24,988 bases of DNA from Pseudobdellovibrionaceae bacterium. GTDB lineage: Bacteria; Bdellovibrionota; Bdellovibrionia; Bdellovibrionales; Bdellovibrionaceae. A program made the position numbers and the translations under genes. Shown piece after piece: positions 18,297 to 24,988 of the stretch (its first letter is position 1; each line of letters starts with the position of its first letter). A model generated the notes under the pieces. The model ran no database searches. It was not told the DNA's origin and saw only the letters and a list, made by a program, of their open reading frames with translations. The stretch spans positions 1 to 24,988 of the forward strand of contig JBDHWW010000041.1 in the NCBI GenBank assembly GCA_039810425.1. Direction: 5' to 3'.

Positions 18297-19928
18297 CTAT
18301 TTCTTCCGCACTAGTGATGCATAAATCACTAGCAAAAAATGAACGACGACAAACGCGGCAACATACTCAACACCGCCGGCGCCGAAGCCGTAAGAATGAA
18401 GCCCCGCGCCGAGTACGAAATTAACTCCATACCAAGCCATGATCACAAGACTGAAAGTCACAACACCCGCAGCGATCATCCCGAAGTTACGAAACCAGCC
18501 ACCCAAGCGACCGTGGAGCACTGCGAGATAGCCAAGCAACACAATCAACGCCCAAGTTTCCTTCGGATCCCAACCCCAGAAGCGGCCCCAACTGTAGTCG
18601 GCCCAGATACCTCCGAGGATAATTCCGGGAGCCAAGAACGCGACCCCGATTTGCATCGCTCTATAGATGGAGCTTGCGATGGCTTTGATCTTCTCGACGT
18701 TCTTCTCTTCGCCTTTAATATAGTAAATGAGACCGATGTCCCCAAGAACAAAGGCCAAGAAGAATGCAGCGTAACTGATTGTGATTGTCATTACATGCAC
18801 TGTCAGCCAGTAGTTGCTGCGAAGAACCGCTTCGAGCGGCTGAAGGGATGGATCCAATACGGCCGGCGCGGAATCCGCAATGATCAAGGCCACCATCCCA
18901 CCCAAAGTACCGGCAAAGAAAATGAAGCGGTACTTGTAAATGATTTCCAATATCGCCGCAAAGACCACCGCCCCCCACGACATCCACACGACGGTTTCAT
19001 ACATGTTGGTGACTGGAGCACGATCCATCAAGTACATGCGAACGATGAAGCCAAAGGTGTGCAAAACAAAACCGAGACTGGCGAACGTCCAGCCAAGCCT
19101 CATCAGACCCGGCTTGTTCATCGTCCACACCAACAAAACCGTGACCGATGCCAACATATATAAGATGTAGGCCCAGCGGAACGGATGGAAATGGTTATAA
19201 AAAACTTCGAGGTTTACTTTAGAATCGTGGCTGTAAACTTCCGGATTATTGCTTTTAGCCACGTCACGGAACTTAAGAACGCTTTCGTCCAAGGCTTTCG
19301 CCGTTTGCTCTAGCTGCTCCGCCGGGGCGTTCTGGGCAATGGCACCAATACGATCAATGAAAGATTTTGTAAGGTTCGAAAAAGCGGCTTGCTGATCGCC
19401 CTGAAGCTCCGCAACAGAAAGCCAGGTCTGACCCTCTTTGGGCGGAACGAGGCGCAGCATATTGGCACCGGCAATTTCACGGAAAACAATGAGCTGGTTT
19501 TCCAAACGCTGCAAAGCTTGGAAGTACGGAGTGAGCTTTTCCTTGGCTTCGCGCTTGGCTTGAAGCTCTTGTTGAACCATCGGAAAGTGTTCGTTGGCGA
19601 AAAGCTCGTCACCTGAGAAGTAGCGCTGATCCGGCGGCAAACCGAGGGCTTTTAAAACTTCGTGATTGCGGACTTCAAAGATCTTTTTTTCCTGCCAGGC
19701 TGTGGGACTTAACATCCACGTAAAGATGATTTCAGAAGCGCTGTGGCCTTCGAAGCTCGGCTTTCCGTAAACGATCTCAAGCATTTCTTTTGAAAATGTG
19801 TCGTAGGGCTTGATCCGGCCGGCATCTTGAACCGGCAAATACAAGAGAGCATCGCCAGGGGCCGCGAAAGCCCCTTTGTAAACGAGAAGTGAAATCAGAA
19901 GAATCAGAATGACTTGCAAACGTCTCAT
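18297..19928 (-). CDS. ccsA: System II cytochrome c biogenesis protein CcsA/ResC with an N-terminal periplasmic extension
   Basis: WWD motif GGIWADYSWGRFWGWDPKETW, plus APVTNMYE, VLRSNYWLTVHV and GLHSYG; N-terminal GRIKPYDT extension. Confidence 0.93.
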   Translation of the reverse strand: MRRLQVILILLISLLVYKGAFAAPGDALLYLPVQDAGRIKPYDTFSKEMLEIVYGKPSFEGHSASEIIFTWMLSPTAWQEKKIFEVRNHEVLKALGLPPDQRYFSGDELFANEHFPMVQQELQAKREAKEKLTPYFQALQRLENQLIVFREIAGANMLRLVPPKEGQTWLSVAELQGDQQAAFSNLTKSFIDRIGAIAQNAPAEQLEQTAKALDESVLKFRDVAKSNNPEVYSHDSKVNLEVFYNHFHPFRWAYILYMLASVTVLLVWTMNKPGLMRLGWTFASLGFVLHTFGFIVRMYLMDRAPVTNMYETVVWMSWGAVVFAAILEIIYKYRFIFFAGTLGGMVALIIADSAPAVLDPSLQPLEAVLRSNYWLTVHVMTITISYAAFFLAFVLGDIGLIYYIKGEEKNVEKIKAIASSIYRAMQIGVAFLAPGIILGGIWADYSWGRFWGWDPKETWALIVLLGYLAVLHGRLGGWFRNFGMIAAGVVTFSLVIMAWYGVNFVLGAGLHSYGFGAGGVEYVAAFVVVHFLLVIYASLVRKK

Positions 19929-21349
19929 GACGGCTTTTCCTTTTTGGCCTTCTTCTTATAATAGAAGAGCAATAGAATCCCCAGCGACATAATGAAAGAT
20001 CCAAAGTACTTAATCCAACGACCTGGATCTTGATTGACAGAAAACACGGAAGCCACCGGCTGACCTGTATTTGGGTCCTCTTCAAAACTTGCCTGGTAAA
20101 TCGTATATCCATTGTATTTAAGCGGCTCATTCATCGAAATCGGGTGCGCGTCGATGTTCGGCACACTCACGATGCTCTTGTATTCCATGGCTTTGCGTGT
20201 GCCTTGGTAGCGATCGATTTCGAATTGCTTTAACTGAATCGGAAAACCCAAATCCAAACGGCGATTGCCATAGCTCACGATGTAAACGGCATCCTTCGTG
20301 AAAAGCTTGACAGAGTCATTCAGCAGCATCCAGTGATCTTGGCCGTTAAAAGTAAATTTCACCGCCGAAGTCGTCAGCGGCGTCGGCGTCTCACGATCCT
20401 GAAGGTCCCATTCGTCCGTAGCTTGTGGCAAATATCTGAGAACGCGGACCTCCATCGGCATCTTCCAACCGGGAGTAAAAGTATCCCCTTCGTTCACATG
20501 ACCTTTTTTCAGCGGCGCCGCCGCGTCTTTTTGAAAAACAACGTAGTTCACCCCGCCCTTTTCGTCCGGAGTAAAATAGATCTCGTTGGCACCATTGCCT
20601 GTCGCCGGAGCCGGGCCTAAGTGCAAAGCCGCCGGGCCGAAGTTATGTGTTGCAACATCATTCGGGCGTCGCTGCACGAGCCATTCAATGGCGTTAACTT
20701 TAATATTTGGATTTTGCACCTGGAAGCGAAGTCCCGCCCCATAACGGCCGTTTTTATCTTTTGGCTCAACCACCTTGCGTGACGGAAGAACGTAGGGTTT
20801 GTAGTCCGTGAACTTAATCTCCGCATTAAACGCGGCGATCACCAATGGTTTTTTCTCTGTCGGCGGCCTCCTGAAAAAATCCACGTTTTCTTCAGCAAGC
20901 TTGGTGTAGCGATCCCCATCAAAGGAGCTATAAACCAAGATGTCGGTTTCAGGCACAATGACGTATTGATTTTTATCCCCGATACCCACCCGAATGCTGC
21001 CATCCAGACCGAATCTTTGCGTAAGGATCGCACCCGCCATGAGAATCAAAATCCCGATGTGGGCAAAAACAAACGGCGCATGACGTGGCTTCCACGGCCA
21101 GCGATCCACCATCACGGCGGTCAAATTCACCGCAAGCACCCCCATCACCGTGTACATCCAGAAAGTGTCGTAAACGAGTTTTTTGGCGGCGTTGGCATCG
21201 TACTTAGCTTCGACAAATGTCCCGACAGCGATCACCGTTGCGATTGCTGCGATAACAATCACCGCAAGCTTAAGAGAAGCTAAAAATTTAATCGTGGATT
21301 TTAAATAACGACGAACTTGGTTCGTACGATCATCAGCAGCATGAGACAT
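19925..21349 (-). CDS. resB: System II cytochrome c biogenesis protein ResB/CcsB-like
   Basis: LASLKLA, three N-terminal TMs with the conserved His (AHIGILIL), large periplasmic domain, ISMNEPLKYNGYTIYQASF, DPG and a C-terminal TM. ATGA overlap with ccsA. Confidence 0.85.
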   Translation of the reverse strand: MSHAADDRTNQVRRYLKSTIKFLASLKLAVIVIAAIATVIAVGTFVEAKYDANAAKKLVYDTFWMYTVMGVLAVNLTAVMVDRWPWKPRHAPFVFAHIGILILMAGAILTQRFGLDGSIRVGIGDKNQYVIVPETDILVYSSFDGDRYTKLAEENVDFFRRPPTEKKPLVIAAFNAEIKFTDYKPYVLPSRKVVEPKDKNGRYGAGLRFQVQNPNIKVNAIEWLVQRRPNDVATHNFGPAALHLGPAPATGNGANEIYFTPDEKGGVNYVVFQKDAAAPLKKGHVNEGDTFTPGWKMPMEVRVLRYLPQATDEWDLQDRETPTPLTTSAVKFTFNGQDHWMLLNDSVKLFTKDAVYIVSYGNRRLDLGFPIQLKQFEIDRYQGTRKAMEYKSIVSVPNIDAHPISMNEPLKYNGYTIYQASFEEDPNTGQPVASVFSVNQDPGRWIKYFGSFIMSLGILLLFYYKKKAKKEKPS

Positions 21350-21425
21350 GATGACAAATATCTAGCCCAGCTTACCCTGAAGGGCCAATCATATCGACCA
21401 CAACGCTGCAAGTCAGCAGCGCCGA

Positions 21426-22238
21426 TTACTGAAGATTTGGCAGATTTTGACTTATATATGTCAGGGCCACGTCAACTTTTGCGCGAACCTTTTCAGCCTC
21501 AACCGGGTTCAGCTTCTTTGTCGCCTCATCCATGTAGAGCGCGCGGTTCATTTCGACTTGGATGGCGTGATGGTTCTTTGACGGTTGCCCGTAAACTTCA
21601 CTCACTCGCCCGCCGAAATAGGGCCAGTTGTAACCAACTTTAAACCCGGCAATCACATAGGCGGCGATCACCAGGTCACGGAACTTCGGATCACAGCTTT
21701 TGCCGTGACAGTCGCTCACCACAATTTCCGCACGCCGCTCGCCGGGATCACGATGCTCTTTAGTTCCGACCGACGGCATGCTGTGCGCATCAATATGAAA
21801 AACTTTAGTCCGGCCGGCAGCTTCATAGTTCTCATAGAGTTTACGCACGCTAGCATGGAAGGGCTCGTAAATGAGTTCTACTAATTCTTGGTGAATTTTT
21901 GCCGGGATCGGCTGCCCCATGAGCGGATGATTGTAAGTCGTGATCGCCCACAGAAAACCGCGACGATTCGTGCCTGGGGGATTGGCATTGCCGATCACGC
22001 TGCCCGCATCGACATCTTCAGGAATCCGATTCAAATCGCCTGCGTAACGATGCCATTCGGTTTTTGCGTAAGGAAGGTGCAATTTTTTAAGGGTCGGCTC
22101 GTAGAGAGCATCAACATAACGGTCCACGTCGCACATCAGGACTTCTTCCGGCAAACCTGTCAGCCAATTTGCTTGTGGGGGAACTTTTTCTCCAGAGTGC
22201 GGGATTGTCACTAAAAGTGAAGCCTGTGGAAGTTGCAT
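21426..22238 (-). CDS. N-formylglutamate amidohydrolase family protein
   Basis: IPHSG, DVDRYVD, R...DLNR, IDAHSM, NWPYFGG and HAIQVEMNRALYMDE motifs; SD AAGGAG. Confidence 0.9.
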   Translation of the reverse strand: MQLPQASLLVTIPHSGEKVPPQANWLTGLPEEVLMCDVDRYVDALYEPTLKKLHLPYAKTEWHRYAGDLNRIPEDVDAGSVIGNANPPGTNRRGFLWAITTYNHPLMGQPIPAKIHQELVELIYEPFHASVRKLYENYEAAGRTKVFHIDAHSMPSVGTKEHRDPGERRAEIVVSDCHGKSCDPKFRDLVIAAYVIAGFKVGYNWPYFGGRVSEVYGQPSKNHHAIQVEMNRALYMDEATKKLNPVEAEKVRAKVDVALTYISQNLPNLQ

Positions 22239-22293
22239 TGTAAACTCCTTAGTGTCATGCTGAAGCTTATCCGAATCATAGATTGAGTGTGCG

Positions 22294-22860
22294 ATGAAAG
22301 CAAAAATTTATACAAAAACCGGCGACAAAGGCACCACCCGCCTCGTGGATGGCTCCTGCGTTGAGAAGTTCAACCCCCGCGTCGAAGCCTATGGCACTGT
22401 TGACGAGCTAAACTCTTACCTGGGAGTTGTTCGTGTCGGGCTGCAGAAATTCAGCGACCTTCAATCCTTGGACCCGATCTTTGAAAAAATCCAGAACCAG
22501 CTTTTCAACCTCGGCAGCCTCCTTGCCTGCGCGGACAGTGAGGTGTTTAAAAAACTACCTTCGATTCAAGATCATCATGTGCACCTGCTGGAAGAAAAAA
22601 TTGATGAGCTCAGCGCGGACCTGCCGGAACTTCGCAATTTTGTTTTACCCGCAGGGCACGAAACAGCAGCTCACTTGCATGTGGCGCGCACCTTGTGTCG
22701 TCGCGCGGAACGCCGCTCTGCCGAAGTGATGGTGAAGGACGAGCGTTATGCAACGAGCTTGCAGTATTTAAATCGCCTGAGCGATTTCTTGTTTGTCGCC
22801 GCTCGCTGGGTGAATTTTAAAACGCGTTTTGAAGACGTGCTTTGGAAAAAAACTGAATGA
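22294..22860 (+). CDS. ATP:cob(I)alamin adenosyltransferase, PduO type
   Basis: KIYTKTGDKGTT, AYGTVDELNS, FVLPAG, HVARTLCRRAER and YLNRLSDFLFVAAR motifs. Confidence 0.95.
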   Translation: MKAKIYTKTGDKGTTRLVDGSCVEKFNPRVEAYGTVDELNSYLGVVRVGLQKFSDLQSLDPIFEKIQNQLFNLGSLLACADSEVFKKLPSIQDHHVHLLEEKIDELSADLPELRNFVLPAGHETAAHLHVARTLCRRAERRSAEVMVKDERYATSLQYLNRLSDFLFVAARWVNFKTRFEDVLWKKTE

Positions 22861-23990
22861 GTATGAAACTCGAGGTTGCAAAACCTTCCGACAATCAGGC
22901 GATCTTAGAGTTCTTTAGGGGCTTTCCGATCAAGGGCGTCCTCGATATGAAAGTCGACCGCCGCGGGGACTTCTTTGGGCCCTACGCCGTCGAGTCGGAC
23001 CGCTTTCGCACCTACCTGTTGCGTGACGATCAAGAGGCCATTCAAGGGATGGCCTCGTTTATTATAAAAGATGTGATGATTCAGGGCACGCTCAAGACCG
23101 TCGCCTTCGGCCGTGATCTTCGGATCAGCAACAATCGCCGTGCAATCTTGGAGTGGGCCGATCACTTCGTGCCGACCTTGCAGGATATTACCAACAACTA
23201 TGGCGCCCAGCACTTCTTTAGCGCGTTGAATCTGACGGAAACAACCGCACTCAACGCATTTGTACGCCCACGCAATTTGAAACGGATTTTGCCACGGTAT
23301 TTCAACTATCGCCGCTTAAATCTCGTCAGCCTGCATGGGCGCTTTCCGTGGGCGCAAAACCCACTCCCGCATTTGCAGATCCGGAGTGGCTCTTCGGTCA
23401 ATGCGGATGCTTTGATTTATTATCTTTCTGAGAAAAATAGCTCACGGAACCTTGCGACCTATTGGGATTCTTATAGCTTTTTCAAACAACTCCAGCGCTG
23501 GAGAGGCCTCAAAATTGAGGATTTCTTGATAGCGTTTGACCGCCATAACAACATCGTCGGCTGCTGCGCTCCCTGGAAAGCCGATGGCATTCAGGAGTTA
23601 ATCCCTTTGGATTACTCCCTGAAGGCCCATAATTTCCGCCAGTTTTTGAAATTCGGAAAGCTCTTGGGGTGGACTCGGCCGCTGACTAAGCCCTCGTACC
23701 GCCTCCAACTTGAGGAGCATTTGCAATTTCAGTATTTAACTCATCTTTTTGCTGAAAATGCAGACGTTTTTGAAGCTTTGCTGTGGACCGCCTATGACCG
23801 TGCCCGCGCGGCAGACTTTTTAGTTTACTCTTACGGCCGCGAAGAAGTGATTTATCGCCGTCCGAGAACTTGGATTTCGGCCAAAATTCCGCATGGACTC
23901 TTTTGCATGGTACCGCCAGATCAGAATGCACCTGAGTTTTTGTCTCCTTCCAATGACCTCTCTATCAACTTTGAAGCTTTTTTTGTTTAG
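22857..23990 (+). CDS. Hypothetical protein, possible tandem GNAT-like fold
   Basis: 377-aa ORF with an ATGA overlap to the upstream gene. The N-terminus (LEVAKPSDNQAILEFF...IQGMAS...GRDLRIS) resembles GNAT acyltransferases, and a similar beta/alpha pattern recurs mid-protein. Confidence 0.6.
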   Translation: MSMKLEVAKPSDNQAILEFFRGFPIKGVLDMKVDRRGDFFGPYAVESDRFRTYLLRDDQEAIQGMASFIIKDVMIQGTLKTVAFGRDLRISNNRRAILEWADHFVPTLQDITNNYGAQHFFSALNLTETTALNAFVRPRNLKRILPRYFNYRRLNLVSLHGRFPWAQNPLPHLQIRSGSSVNADALIYYLSEKNSSRNLATYWDSYSFFKQLQRWRGLKIEDFLIAFDRHNNIVGCCAPWKADGIQELIPLDYSLKAHNFRQFLKFGKLLGWTRPLTKPSYRLQLEEHLQFQYLTHLFAENADVFEALLWTAYDRARAADFLVYSYGREEVIYRRPRTWISAKIPHGLFCMVPPDQNAPEFLSPSNDLSINFEAFFV

Positions 23991-24161
23991 CGCTCATGCC
24001 ACGTTGTGGGCCCCGGAGTTTTGTTTACAAGAAAAATTGTCATAGGGTCATTCTCCGCTTTTAAATTTAAACTCTTTCGTCTATAAAGGCCGCACCTTGC
24101 GTTCAACAGTTTAAACATTGGGGAGATTTCAGTTTTACTCTAATACTCATCTAGATCTCGT

Positions 24162-24405
24162 CTCCCACCAAAAACCGCAGCACATGACTCCTTTGGCGAT
24201 TATCCGAAGAGCGCTTGGTCTTGTGGTTTAATTGTTAGACGGTTTTGGCTGGCTATGGACTCGCAACTTGCTTTTCATCTCGAGAGTCTAAAAGGCTGGC
24301 GCCCTTTCCGCAGAGGGGTTGTTTTAAACCGTCTTGGTGGGGAGCCATCTGTCACCTCATGTTACGACAGAAAATTCAGATGGCTCCTTACCTCTTTCTT
24401 TTGGT
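24162..24405 (+). ncRNA. Candidate multi-stem structured RNA or attenuator leader (unassigned family)
   Basis: Several nested complementary segments whose wobble pairs are G-U on the + strand. It ends in a 16-bp stem (24336-24351/24377-24392) followed by a U-rich tract. Confidence 0.4.
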
Positions 24406-24570
24406 TTTGACGATGAAACTACAATTTCTTATTTAGACGTAAAACACGGCACTGAGATAATTTAAAAAAACACACATCACACACTGCGTATTTCGCCGGT
24501 GATTTTCCGCGTTTGGAAATTCGCCCTGACACTTTCTATTTCACGCCTTCCGCGGAAGGTAGGAGAACTC

Positions 24571-24988
<418 letters not shown>

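Noticed and set aside
14637..19163. Long antisense ORFs (14637-15353, 17144-17887, 18339-19163)
   Set aside because: They lie opposite well-supported actB, actA and ccsA genes and show no recognisable motifs; typical antisense shadows.
24240..24330. Resemblance of the minus strand to a c-di-GMP-I riboswitch, and a sigma54-like TGG...TTGC
   Set aside because: The core GCAAAC/GNRA/GCAAAG elements are missing and wobble pairs favour the + strand. The GG-GC spacing is 11 rather than 10.
24245..24436. 63-aa ORF inside the structured intergenic region
   Set aside because: TTG start without an SD and no recognisable features; the pairing pattern better explains the region.

Overview
Bacterial chromosome segment, probably from a Bdellovibrio-like (Bdellovibrionota) organism; the taxonomy is an inference from gene content and protein style. 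The left end is a small, visibly AT-richer islet. It holds a solo Y1/HUH (IS200/RAYT-like) transposase, an XRE antitoxin-like gene and an unannotated, truncated HipA-like toxin fragment. Next come pstSCAB (no phoU) and, divergently, an orphan PAS histidine kinase coupled to a histidine-phosphatase-family gene. A minus-strand four-gene cluster is headed by a secreted goose-type-lysozyme-like (GH23) protein with two SH3b domains and a sigma28-like, apparently leaderless promoter. The middle contains a complete alternative complex III operon (actABCDEF), in which ActA, ActB and ActE all carry lipoboxes, preceded by system II cytochrome c biogenesis genes. The right end has an N-formylglutamate amidohydrolase, a PduO-type adenosyltransferase coupled to a GNAT-like protein, and a 580-bp intergenic region with a candidate multi-stem RNA. 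It ends with the start of a secreted Gly/Asn tandem-repeat protein that runs off the window and is missing from the ORF track.
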